A program made the translations under genes and the position numbers. Under the pieces are notes generated by a model. The model had not been told where the DNA came from. It made no database searches and saw only the letters and a program-made list of their open reading frames with translations. This document shows, one piece after another, positions 36,201 to 49,239 of a DNA stretch of 64,000 bases. Numbering within the stretch: the first letter of the stretch is position 1; every line of letters starts with the position of its first letter. The DNA lies in NCBI RefSeq assembly GCF_964355755.1, contig NC_092670.1, positions 28,508,388 to 28,572,387 of the forward strand. The letters run 5' to 3'. Origin of the DNA: Antedon mediterranea (taxonomy: Eukaryota; Animalia; Echinodermata).

Positions 36201-38803
36201 ATTTTCGAAAAAACTTGTTAACATAAAAACACAAAAGTGCTTAGAAAAGCTTCAAATCGCATTTGGAGACATTTTAGACCATTTGGTGATTTTCAAAAAA
36301 ACTTGTTAACATAAAAACACAAAAGTGCTTAGAAAAGCTTCATATCGCATTTGGAGACATTTTAGACCCTTTTGTGATTTTCGAAAAAACTTGGTTACAC
36401 AAAAACACCAGAAGTGCTTAAAATAGCTTCAAATCGCATTTGGAGACGTTTTAGACCATTTTGTGATTTTCGAAAAAACTTGTTAACATAAAAACACCAA
36501 AGTGTTTAGAATAGCTTAAAATCGCATTTGGAGACGTTTTAGACCAATTTGTGATTTTCGAAAAAACTTGTTAACATAAAAACACCAAAGGGCTTAAAAT
36601 CACATTAGAAACCGTTTTAGACCATTTTGAGCATTTCGAAAAAACTTTTCACACAAAAACATCAAAGAGCACAAAATAGCTTAATATCGTATTTAAAAAC
36701 GTTTTTGACCATTTTGAGCATTTCGACAAAAATTATTCACACAAAACAGCAAAGTGTACAGAATAGCTTCAAATCGCATTTGGAGACCTTTTAGACAATT
36801 TTGTGATTTTCGAAAAAACTTGTTAACATAAAAACACCAAAGTGCTTAGAATAGCTTCAAATCGCATTTTGTGACATTTTAGACCATTTTGTGATTTTCG
36901 AAAAAACTTGTTAACATAAAAACACCAAATTGCTTACAATAGCTTAAAATCGCATTTGGAGACGTTTTATACCATTTTGTGATTTTCGAAAAAACTTGTT
37001 AACATAAAAACATCAAAGTGTACAGAATAGCTTCAAATCGCATTTTGAGACATTTTAGACCCTTTTGTGATTTTCGAAAAAACTCGGTTACACAAAAACA
37101 CCAAAGTGCTTAAAATAGCTTCAAATCGCATTTGGAGACGTTTTAGACCATTTTGTGATTTTCGAAAAAACTTGTTAACATAAAAACACCAAAGTGCTTA
37201 GAAAAGCTTCAAATCGCATTTGGAGACATTTTAGACCATTTGGTGATTTTCAAAAAAACTTGTTAACATAAAAACACAAAAGTGCTTAGAAAAGCTTCAT
37301 ATCGCATTTGGAGACATTTTAGACCCTTTTGTGATTTTCGAAAAAACTTGGTAACACAAAAACACCAAATTGCTTAGAATAGCTTAAAATCGCATTTGGA
37401 GACGTTTTAGACCATTTTGTGATTTTCGAAAAAACTTGTTAACATAAAAACACCAAAGTGCTTAAAATCACATTAGAAACCGTTTTAGACCATTTTGAGC
37501 ATTTCGAAAAAACTTTTCACACAAAAACATCAAAGAGCACAAAATAGCTTAATATCGTATTTAAAAACGTTTTTGACCATTTTGAGCATTTCGACAAAAA
37601 TTATTCACCCAAAACAGCAAAGTGTACAGAATAGCTTCAAATCGCATTTGGAGACCTTTTAGACCATTTTGTGATTTTCGAAAAAACTTGTTAACATAAA
37701 AACACCAAATTGCTTACAATAGCTTAAAATCGCATTTGGAGACGTTTTATACCATTTTGTGATTTTCGAAAAAACTTGTTAACATAAAAACACCAAAGTG
37801 CTTAGAATTGCTTCAAATCGCATTTGGAGACGTTTTAGAACATTTTGTGATTTTCGAAAAAACTTGTTAACATTAAAACACCAAAGTGCTTAAAATCACA
37901 TTAGAAACCGTTTTAGACCATTTTGAGCATTTCGATAAAACTTTTCACACAAAAACATCAAAGAGCACAAAATAGCTTAATATCGTATTTAATAACGTTT
38001 TTGACCATTTTGAGCTTTGCGACAAAAATTATTCACACAAAACAGCAAAGTGTACAGAATAGCTTCAAATCGCATTTGGAGACATTTTAGACCATTTTGT
38101 GATTTTCGAAAAAACTCGTTAACATAAAAACATCAAAGTACTTAAAATCACATTAGAAACCGTTTTAGACCATTTTGAGCATTTCGATAAAACTTTTCAC
38201 ACAAAAACATCAAAGAGCACAAAATAGCTTAGTATCGTATTTAAAAACGTTTTTGACCATTTTGAGAATTTCGACAAAAATTATTCACACAAACCAGCAA
38301 AGTGTACAGAATAGCTTCAAATCGCATTTTGAGACATTTTAGACCATTTTGTGATTTTCGAAAAAACTTGTTAACATAAAAACATCAAAGTGTACAGAAT
38401 AGCTTCAAATCGCATTTTGAGACATTGTAGACCCTTTTGTGATTTTCGAAAAAACTTGGTTCCACAAAAACACTAAAGTGCTTAAAATAGCTTCAAATCG
38501 CATTTGGAGACGTTTTAGACCATTTTGTGATTTTCGAAAAAACTTGTTAACATAAAAACACCAAAGTGCTTAGAATAGCTTCAAATCGCATTTGGAGACG
38601 TTTTAGACCATTTTGTGATTTTCGAAAAAGCTTGTAAACATAAAAACACCAAAGTGCTTAGAAAAGCTTCAAATCGCATTTGGAGACATTTTAGACCATT
38701 TTGTGATTTTCGAAAAAACTTGTTAACATAAAAACACAAAAGTGCTTAGAATAGCTTCAAATCGCATTTGGAGACGTTTTAGACCATTTTGTGATTTTCG
38801 AAA
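33286..38803 (-). repeat. Satellite 1 (88 bp), inverted orientation
   Basis: Continuous array with local kb-scale duplications (rare variants at ~35301/36786 and ~35381/36866). Confidence 0.97.
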
Positions 38804-39725
38804 CACAGCTGTTTCAACTAGTGTTAAGTTATCAGAAAAAGTCAAGCGCCCTCAGTGTTAGCAGACGAGGCTCTCCCGAGTCGCGCGGACATATAATTTT
38901 TGTTTACAAACCATTATTTCGCGAACGCCAAATTAAATTTCGCTATCGTGAGTTTTTATGTAGTAAAACATTTTATACAAAACTAAATGATTAAAAAAAG
39001 TGTATGTTCAATTAAAAAATAAATATTTTATTGTTTCTTTACTATAAATTAATAAATAAACCACGATATTGTCCATTTTACTGAAATACTCTCCAGCACA
39101 TAAACCAGGAAGTCAAGATAAACTGTGTAAAGAAATGGTAAACAATCGTAAGTAGAAAATATCATTGTATTCTTTACTTTTTTTTGGATATAATTAATTT
39201 TTTTAGAAAAAGAACGAACTAGAATATAGTCCATCATTATTATATAAACAAAATAATACTAGTTTTGTAAATATAGCCTGGTTCAGTTTTTAGTAAAACT
39301 CGCATATTTTGCAACCCCTTTATACATTGTTATTGTTGTCGGCGAGAAAACGGTTTGGCAATAGGCTTAGAAAGTGCGTTGACGCCCACGATGACCGTGA
39401 CGGTAATGTGGGCCTAGAATAAAGCTAGACCGAAACATAGAAAATTCGTAATAGTTAAACCTTTAATTACCCTAATCATAAAGTTAATCATTATAACTGT
39501 TACCAAATAATTAATGGCATGTGTTTATAATAATAATTATTGCCCTCCTGGTGCATTTTTAGGCTAGCTGGTGTGACTGAGTGACAGTCACAGCCTAGGC
39601 TAGGCCTTAATAGTAATACATTTGTATAATAATGTTTTAATATTTTGACTATTAGCTCTCTTGTTTGGATTTGTTTGGACACAAAACTGAAGTACTGTAG
39701 ATTTAAAAATTGATTTATTTTTAAA

Positions 39726-40868
39726 GGAAAGTACAGTTGCATCTATTGTTTTTGTAATCAAGATGACATCAGAACCAACAATGTTCCTCAAGCCTGTAGA
39801 TATCTCAAGGCCTACAATCATGACTACAAGTTTTTTGTAGACCATGGCAGTGAAAAAAAAAAAGCAAAACAATATCGCACAGTGTTGTTAGGCCATACCT
39901 GGTAGACATTGAATTAAACAGGGTAGGTAAATAATCATAACCACCTCTTTAGAAAGTTTAATACACACTCCAAACAATGAAAAGTGTGTTTGTACTTCAT
40001 ATTAAAGAACAATGTTAGTATAAAATAACTGTCGAAACAAACAATTGTTACAGTAATTTATAAATATACCTCTTTTCTTTATTAAATATTTCCTCAATCA
40101 ACTATTTTTCCAGGTGTCAATATGTTATAATATTCAACATGCGACAGGATGCTGACATCTTGACTGGTAAATTCAAATGTTGTTTCAACTTTACATTGAC
40201 ATTACATAATAACTCAATTGGTCAAGTTGCTCTTTAAATATACATTGTCCCTTTGAGCCTAGAATTTCAAAATTGTTTATCCTATTTTTATGCATAATAA
40301 AGCAAACCTTTGGCTGGAACTTATTTTCCTATGAATTATCCATATATTATTATCATCTGCTACAAGAAATAGTTGTTAACATTTTGAAAATATAATAATT
40401 TTGATGCTCATTTTTCATGCAGATTGACATTTATTTGGTTGACCAATATTGTTTAATCTCAGGTGATCATCTAGCAGAAAGAGAAAATCAGAAGCTGCAG
40501 CACATCGACATGCTACAAAGTACAATGATTAAAATCCAGTCTTTAGAAAAGAATCTTGAGCATTTAAGAAATGAACTCTCAGTGTCACTTGTGACAAAAC
40601 AGCATAGTAAGATTGCAGAGACTGGCCACAGAATAAATCTAAAAGAACAAGAGGTCAAAGACTTGGTCAGTCCTACATTATATACCTTTAAAATTATGTC
40701 TAAAACATGCAATACTATAAAAATGAATGCCATATTTCTTTTATATATTTTATATAGCGAACTACTATGAACCAAGAGATTTGAAACTGGACCTCTATGT
40801 ACAAAAATGGACGAGGTATTTAAATTCCTCGACAGCAGTACCATGGAAAGAGTTTTGTGGGAAATCAT
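39726..40868 (+). pseudogene. Spliced, degenerate transposase remnants (copy 2)
   Basis: GKYSCIYCFCNQDDIRTNNVPQACRYLKAYNHDYKFFVDHGSEKKKAKQY; coiled-coil exon 40464-40665; IPRQQYHGKSFVGNH. Confidence 0.7.
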
Positions 40869-42412
40869 GAAGTCACATCTGACGTTTATTTCACCTGAGA
40901 TCCAGCATGAAGTAACTAGGCCGGTAACTAAGTGCAGAAAAGTTGAGGAATAGTTTGCTATTTCTCAGTTAATTGTTACAGTATTGCATATTATTATGTA
41001 CAGTATACTGTATGAATGGTAGTATTTTTTGTGTTATTGCTAGAACAATGATTTTGTGAATATTTAACAAATGGTATATGAATTGTAATTGAATTTAATT
41101 TTTTGGAAGTTATTTTATTTTAATTTGGTTTATATATATTATTGATTGATAACGGAAATTGATGTTATTTACTGATTTAGATTGTGATTGCATATACAAT
41201 ACAAATATGAAAGAAATATGCATTTATAATTAAATATCTAATGTCACAGTACTCTATAGCTTCTTTCTATTAATATATTACAGATCTTTGACTAAGACAT
41301 GCTAGGTAGGCTGCTAGCCTTTAACCTGCTGATGATGTAGCCTAGCCTATATATAGTATAGGCCTAGCTAGGGATGTAACCTGGCCTACTCTGTACTCCT
41401 ATCTCCCAATATGAATGATTATTAAAAAAGCTTAGGCCTAGGCTAGGCCTAATTTTTAATTAGGACCAGGAACAAGTAATTAATCAGCTTTATAACAGGT
41501 CAACTGTCATTTAGGCCCCCGAATAGACATGTTTACGTGTTAAAAATAAACAGTTATTTTATTTTAATTTGGTTTATATATTAATAATTATTTATTGATA
41601 ACGGAAATTTATGTTATTTACTGATTTAGATTGTGATTCATTGCATATCAAAATAATAAATATACAATACAAATATGAAAGAAATATGCATTTATGATTA
41701 AATATCTAATGTCACAGTACTCTATAACTTCTTTCTATTAATATATTACAGATCTTTGACTAAGACATGCTAGGTAGGCTGCTAGCCTTTAACCTGCTGA
41801 TGAGGTAGCCTAGCCTATATATAATATAGGCCTAGCTAGGCCTGTAGCCTGGCCTACTCTGTACTCCTTTCCCAATATGAATGATTATTAAAAAAGCTTA
41901 GGCCTAGACTAGGCCTAATTTTTAATTAGGACCAGGAACAAGTAATTAATCAGCTTTATAACAGGTCAACTGTCACTCAGGCCCCCCGAATATACATGTT
42001 TACGTGTTAAAAATAAACAGCCATTAGTCTTACACAGCTGGTTTTAACCACGCAAGGGGCCTGGGCATAGCCTATTATAAGCTAGCATAGGAAAAAATCC
42101 AGCCAGGCAATATGAATACGATCCTTGTTAAAACATTCAAGGATAACTAAAGTATCCAACTAAATCAAAGAATTCAACAGAAAAAATTATTTTTAAACTG
42201 ATATGGAAAACAACATTTATACCTACTTTTTAAATGTATCACTTGAGAAAAAAAACTGGCGTTGGGTGTACAATTTTCAATTACATTACCTCTTAAAATC
42301 CACGTGATAAAACGACGACAACATGTTTTTCACCTTCATCCAGGGTTGTTCTAATGAATATTCATTATATTTCTGACTTTCGCGGTCTTTATTTGTTTTT
42401 ATTGGCTATTAA

Positions 42413-43455
42413 CACTTTGACTGCCAAAGGTTTTTCAAGTTAGAAAACTGCCATCGCCAGCGTTTATAGCCCAATTCGATGTTTTTATTAAAGCTGATTG
42501 AAACTATGTATGTGATCTGATTTACTTGTAATTTAGACAAAAATAATCATAAAGATTTTAGCTTTACAATGTTACCAAGAACGATTTTCAAATCGCAATA
42601 TGTAAATCGTAATAGTAAAGTGAAAGTAACCCACTTTTTGAGTTTTTCGTAGTTTTGCGCAAGAAAGTCGAGATATTCGCGATTTTGTGCAAGACATCAC
42701 AATATGAAAATATCGCCCGGTGAGATCAACAAACAACGAAAAAGTTACTTACACGGCACCGGTAGGCCTATAAAAACAAGTTATCACTACCGAAAAATGT
42801 ATTACATTTTATAAATCATAAATCTTACATCAATGTTTCGCCAAAATCCACATAGTAAAGACACCAGGCCTAGTTAACTAGGCCAAAAGTTGGTCCGGAA
42901 CCGTTTTACGACTAGGCCTAGGCTATAGCCTAGTACTACTAGCCTAGCTAGTAAACTGATGATAATATTCATACCATTTCTAAACAAGTTTGTTGCGTGA
43001 AACACGGCCACTTACAGTGAAACACCAAAACAATTAGGGTATACATACAATAATAAAATTAAAGACTTCATATTGAAAATTCATCCATAATTTTTTATTC
43101 AGATAACAAACAAACATGCCAATCCACATAAACCTTGTAATGCTTCGGCGGCATAGCTAGCGCGCGACCGATACACAATGCGCCAAACCATCGCTGTACG
43201 CGCTACTATGATGCGCGGTGTATGTTATTTCGACAGGCACCATTTTGACAATCGTTCATAACCAGATTAGTTACTTTCAAAAAGTAAAATAATCACGGTC
43301 CAGACCGAATATAGTGTCCATATTTATAGTATATACCAATAATTAACCTATCTACCGGATTTCGTAAAAAAACGCAAAAAACGAAGATCTTCGTGTTTGG
43401 CAGTCAAGCGTTGTGTTTCCAAAAACGAAGATCTTCGTGTTTGGCAGTCAAAGTG
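42413..43455. mobile_element. piggyBac-type MITE (1043 bp)
   Basis: TTAA duplicated (42409-42412, 43456-43459); TIR CACTTTGACTGCCAAA / TTTGGCAGTCAAAGTG; doubled subterminal AAAAACGAAGATCTTCGTGTTTGGCAGTCAA; empty site visible in copy 1 (GGCTATTAAAAAACAG, ~24385). Confidence 0.92.
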
Positions 43456-43598
43456 TTAAAAAACAGTCGTTTTATGCTTGATTGCTTCCGGGTTCCTCAT
43501 GTGGTTTGTATACAATATGTTTTCGGAATCGCTACTCCATAAAACGCTATGAAACGTTGGGGGCGCTGCACTTAATTCATATTTCTGGAACAGCTGTG

Positions 43599-46414
43599 GA
43601 AAAAACTTGTTAACATAAAAACACCAAATTGCTTAGAATAGCTTAAAATCGCATTTGGAGACGTTTTAGACCATTTTGTGATTTTCGAAAAAACTTGTTA
43701 ACATAAAAACACCAAAGTGGTTAGAATAGCTTAAAATCGCATTTGGAGAAGTTTTATACCATTTTGTGATTTTCAAAAAAACTTGTTAACATAAAAACAC
43801 CAAAGTGCTTAGAATAGCTTCAAATCGCATTTGGAGACGTTTTAGACCATTTTGTGATTTTCGAAAAAACTTGTTAACATAAAAACACCAAAGTGCTTAG
43901 AATAGCTTAAAATCGCATTTGGAGACGTTTTAGACCATTTTGTGATTTTCGAAATAACTTGTTAACATAAAAACACCAAAGTGCTAAGAATAGCTTGAAA
44001 TCGCATTTGGAGACATTTTAGACCATTTTGTGATTTTCGAAAAAACTCGTTAACATAAAAACACCAAAGTGCTTAGAATTGCTTCAAATCGCATTTGGAG
44101 ACGTTTGAGACCATTTTGTGATTTTCTAAACAAGTTGTTAACATAAAAACATCAAAGTGCTTAAAATCACATTAGAAACCGTTTTAGACCATTTTGAGCA
44201 TTTCCATAAAACTTTTCACACAAAAACATGAAAGAGCACAAAATAGCTTAATATCGTATTTAAAAACGTTTTTGACCATTTTGAGCATTTCGACAAAAAT
44301 TATTCACACAAAACAGCAAAGTGTACAGAATAGCTTCAAATCGCATTTGGAGACGTTTTAGACCATTTTGTGATTTTCGAAAAAACTTGTTAACATAAAA
44401 ACACAAAAGTGCTTAGAATAGCTTAAAATCGCATTTGGAGACGTTTTAGACCATTTTGTGATTTTCGAAAAAACTTGTTAACATAAAAACACCAAAGTGC
44501 TTAGAATAGCTTCAAATCGCAATTGGAGACGTTTTAGACCATTTTGTGATTTTCGAAAAAAACTTGTTAACATAAAAACACCAAAGTGCTTAGAATACCT
44601 TAAAATCGCATTTGGAGACGTTTTAGACCATCTTGTGATTTTAACATAAAAACATCAAAGTGCTTAGAATAGCTTCAAATCGCATTTGGAGACGTTTTAG
44701 ACCATTTTGTGATTTTCGAAAAAAACTTGTTAACATAAAACATCAAAGTGCTTAAAATCAAATTAAAAACCGTTTTTGACCATTTTGAGCATTTCGCTAA
44801 AACTTTTCACACAAAAACATCAAAGAGCACAAAATAGCTTAATATCGTATTTAAAAACGTTTTTGACCATTTTGAGCATTTCGACAAAAATTATTCACAC
44901 AAAGCAGCAAAGTGTACAGAATAGCTTCAAATTGCATTTGGAGACGTTTTAGACCATTTTGTGATTTTCGAAATAACTTGTTAACATAAAAACACCAAAT
45001 TGCTTAGAATAGCTTAAAATCGCATTTGGAGACGTTTTAAACCATTTTGTGATTTTCGAAAAAACTTGTTAACATAAAAACACCAAAGTGCTTAGAATAG
45101 CTTAAAATCGCATTTGTAGACGTTTTAGACCATTTTGTGATTTTCGAAATAACTTGTTAACATAAAAACACCAAAGTGCTAAGAATAGCTTGAAATCGCA
45201 TTTGGAGACGTTTTAGACCATTTTGTGATTTTCGAAATAACTTGTTAACATAAAAACACCAAAGTGCTAAGAATTGCGTCAAATCGCATTTGGAGGCGTT
45301 TTAGACCATTTTGTGATTTTCTAAAAAAGTTGTTAGCATAAAAACATCAAAGTGCTTAAAATCACATTAGAAACCGTCTTAGTCCATTTTGAGCATTTCG
45401 AAAAAACTTTTCACACAAAAATATCAAAGAGCACAAAATAGCTTAATATTGTATTTAAAAACGTTTTTGACCATTTTGAGCATTTCGACAAAAATTATTC
45501 ACACAAAACAGCAAAGTGTACAGAATAGCTTCAAATCGCATTTGGAGACGTTTTAGACCATTTTGTGATATTCGAAAAAACTTGTTAACATAAAAACACC
45601 AAAGTGCTTAGAATAGCTTCAAAATGCATTTTGTGACATTTTAGACCGTTTTGTGATTTTCGAAAAAACTTGTTAACATAAAAACACCAAATTGCTTAGA
45701 ATAGCTTAAAATCGCATTTGGAGACGTTTTATACCATTTTGTGATTTTCAAAAAAACTTGTTAACATAAAAACACCAAAGTGCTTATAATAGCTTCAAAT
45801 CGCATTTGGAGACGTTTTAGACCATTTTGTGATTTTCGAAAAAACTTGTTAACATAAAAACACCAAAGTGCTTAGAATACCTTAAAATCGCATTTGGAGA
45901 CGTTTTAGACCATCTTGTGATTTTAACATAAAAACATCAAAGTGCTTAGAATAGCTTCAAATCGCATTTGGAGACGTTTTAGACCATTTTGTGATTTTCG
46001 AAAAAAACTTGTTAACATAAAACATCAAAGTGCTTAAAATCAAATTAAAAACCGTTTTAGACCATTTTGAGCATTTCGCTAAAACTTTTCACACAAAAAC
46101 ATCAAAGAGCACAAAATAGCTTAATATCGTATTTAAAAACGTTTTTGACCATTTTGAGCATTTCTACAAAAATTATTCACACAAAACAGCAAAGTGTACA
46201 GAAGAGCTTCAAATCGCATTTGGAGACGTTTTAGACCATTTTGTGATTTTCGAAAAAACTTGTTAACATAAAAACACCAAAGTGCTTAGAATAGCTTAAA
46301 ATCGCATTTGGAGACGTTTTAGACCATTTTGTGATTTTCGAAAAAACTTGTTAACATAAAAACACCAAAGTGCTTAGAATAGCTTCAAATCGCATTTCGA
46401 GACGTTTTAGACCA
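43599..46414 (-). repeat. Satellite 1 (88 bp), inverted orientation
   Basis: Array resumes after the GAAA TSD and ends abruptly at TTTTAGACCA. Confidence 0.97.
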
Positions 46415-47076
46415 GAGAGACACAGATTAGCGAGAGAGACACAGATCAGCGAGAGAGACACAGATCAGCGAGAGAGACACAGATCAGCGAGAGAGAGAGA
46501 GAGACAGATCAGAGAGAGAGAGAGAGAGAGACAGATCAGCGAGAGAAAGACAGATCAGCGAGAGAGAGAGACAGATCAGCGAGAGAGAGACAGATCAGCG
46601 AGAGAGAGAGAGAGAGAGAGACAGATCAGCGAGAGAGAGACAGATCAGCGAGAGAGAGAGACAGATCATCGAGAGAGAGAGACAGATCAGCGAGAGAGAC
46701 AGATCAGCGAGAGAGAGAGAGAGACAGATCAGCGAAAGAGAGACAGATCATCGAGAGAGAGAGACAGATCAGCGAGAGAGAGACAGATCAGCGAGAAAGA
46801 GACAGATCAGCGAGAGAGAGACAGACCAGCCAGAGAGAGACAGATCAGCGAGAGAGAGACAGATCAGCGAGAGAGAGACAGATCAGCGAGAGAGACACAG
46901 ATCAGCGAGAGAGAGATAGATCAGCGAGAGAGAGATAGATCAGCGAGAGGGAGATAGATCAGCGAGAGAGAGAGATAGATCAGCGAGAGAGAGATAGATC
47001 AGCGAGAGAGAGATAGATCAGCGAGAAAGAGATAGATCAGCGAGAGAGAGATAGATCAGCGAGAGAGAGATAGATC
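46415..47076 (+). repeat. GATCAGC(GA)nGAYA compound minisatellite
   Basis: ~18-28-bp units AGATCAGCGAGAGAGAGAC/T. Confidence 0.95.
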
Positions 47077-47367
47077 GAAGAAATTTGGTTAATGCAATCT
47101 AGGAACAATGAAGCGCAACCAGTACGCTACTTGAAAGATATCTCTTACTTCAACGCCTAGGCCGACGGATAGGAAAAAAAGTTGTACCATACGATCTATA
47201 CAGGGTTAGTTTGGCCCTTTTCATTGCTGTGACCTCAAACGATCGTACCGCGTCTTTTCTGCCTTCTAATCGGCCAATCAGTGCGAGGCGTCGTTGTGCT
47301 AGGCAACAGTACTTTCTATTGTCTTCTTTTTTCCATTGAAATCGTACAAATACCACTGAATAGCGAG

Positions 47368-49239
47368 ATGGCTAATGCAACAATGCAACACATAGAAATG
47401 GCTGAAAAACTAATTAAATCTAAGAAAACTAAAAAGAAAAAGGTTTATGCTGTTGCTGTCGGGAAACAACCAGGTATATAATTATCCTTGCTGGAATGCC
47501 AAGCAAACACTGATGGCTATCACGGAGCTTTATTCCAATCATTTTTAGTGTTGAAAAAGCCGAAAAAAATCTCAGCGAATGTGTGCAATGACTTAGAATG
47601 TACTGATGCAACTAAAGTCAATGATGCTGAAGTAAATACAGCTATTGAAAGTAACAAAATAGATACTGAATGTAATGATACATTACATGACCTGGTAACC
47701 ACTGATGTAAATGACCTCCAAAACATCCATTCCGCTTGCACTCAATCACATTTAGATCACTCATTAGCTTCTCCAAATCTATCTGATTTGCTAAAAGAAA
47801 ACTTCGAACTTAAAATTAAAATGTCTGAAAATGAGAATAGAGTCCTGAAAGATAAATTATTAGCTAAAAACAATGATTGTGCTATTTTGTTTGAAGCTGT
47901 AAAAGATATTCGACGTGAGCTTAATGAATTTAAAAAAGAGGTTAAATCCCTACAAGATCTTCTTAAGAAAATAGAAAATTCAAACAGAATATAAATATTA
48001 AATTCGAAGCTCTTAAGTCCGATGAAACAAATTTGCAGCATACTTTACAACTGTTGCAGCAAAAAGATAAGGAAGTGACAAAACTACACGATCTACTTAT
48101 CTCAGCTCATAAAGATGCTGCTAGAGCCAAAGATAAAGCATACGATGCGAAAATAACCCAAGTTGCTATTGACACATCTGACTTTATTACTGTGAAGGGG
48201 CATAGTGTTACTCAACATAAAACCTGTCCCCAACTTGGTCTGCACGATAGATGTTCCTCTCCTCAAGAACAGTATATACATCTGACCTCATTGGACCTCC
48301 CGAAACAAAATCGGTCTTATGTAGAACCAAATTGTGACAGTAAAGTTATCGATGATTCTCGGACTTATTCTGAGCAGCTAATTGACACTCTATATAACGT
48401 ATTGGACACGACTAGCCCTACTAATGATGTAACGAAGAGTACTGGAAAAGTTGATTCTTATCAACTAAAGCTACATAAATACTGTAATAAACATAAAGCA
48501 CTAAGCGACACACAAAAAATTGCTGATAAAACTGCTAGTACTCAAGATTACACAATTACAGCTGACGTTCTGATTATTGGCGATTCAATGATTAAACATC
48601 TTCATCCCAAATGATTAAGTAATTCTACTGAAAAAAGTGATATGCCACACTATGCGTGGTGCAAAAATAGAAGACCTCGCGCATTGTGCCAAGCGTCTTG
48701 CAGTAAAACATGGTGTTGAAAGAGTGATTGTTCATGTGGGAACTAACAATAGAAATGACAGTTCAGACACTTTGACCTCAAAAACGACATCTCTGTGTGA
48801 AACCTTGAAGCCTATAAAGTGCACAGTTTCCTCCATCATACACCGACGCAACCAGATAGTTTCGAAATGCGATGATGATGTAGAGAGAGCAAATCACCAT
48901 ATGAAATTCATATGCAAAGAGAATGGCTGGGGATTTATTGATAATACAAATATTCCATTCATGAAACTATCTTCTGATGGAGTTCATCTTAGCCCACGAG
49001 GAACAAGTACTCTGGCGAAGAACATTATTGATCACATAAGTAGTGAGTCGGCGATGAGTCCACCCCCGTCATTTTTTCTGCTCTCAAATCAGTACCAACC
49101 AATTCGTCAGAGAGAATGCGTCAATCATCAACAAGGGACTATAAAAATCGATGCCAGAAAAGAAAGAAAAGAGTGGTTCAAGTACCTGGAACTTGTACGA
49201 CAGCTGATAAATCCACGAAAACCTACATACAAAAATTAA
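47368..49239 (+). pseudogene. L2 ORF1: RNase H1-like hybrid-binding domain, coiled coil, SGNH esterase
   Basis: KKVYAVAVGKQPGI*LSLLECQANTDGYHGALFQSF; heptad-rich middle; VLIIGDSMIK, RGAKI, VHVGTNN, DGVHL (SGNH blocks); several stops/frameshifts. Confidence 0.82.

Larger units (their letters stand above)
38804..43598 (+). mobile_element. Chapaev-like DNA transposon, copy 2
   Basis: CACAGCTGTTTCA...TGGAACAGCTGTG; GAAA duplicated within satellite TTTTCGAAAAAACTTG; colinear with 20808-24532 apart from the piggyBac MITE. Confidence 0.87.

Noticed and set aside
46370-46957. 195-aa Arg/Glu-rich ORF, and similar ORFs at 54749-55078, 57006-57545, 58973-59164, 61551-61754
   Set aside because: Translations of GA/CT simple repeats.
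47070-47076. TSD for the L2 LINE (ATAGAT)
   Set aside because: Both flanks are the same minisatellite, so a duplication cannot be distinguished.
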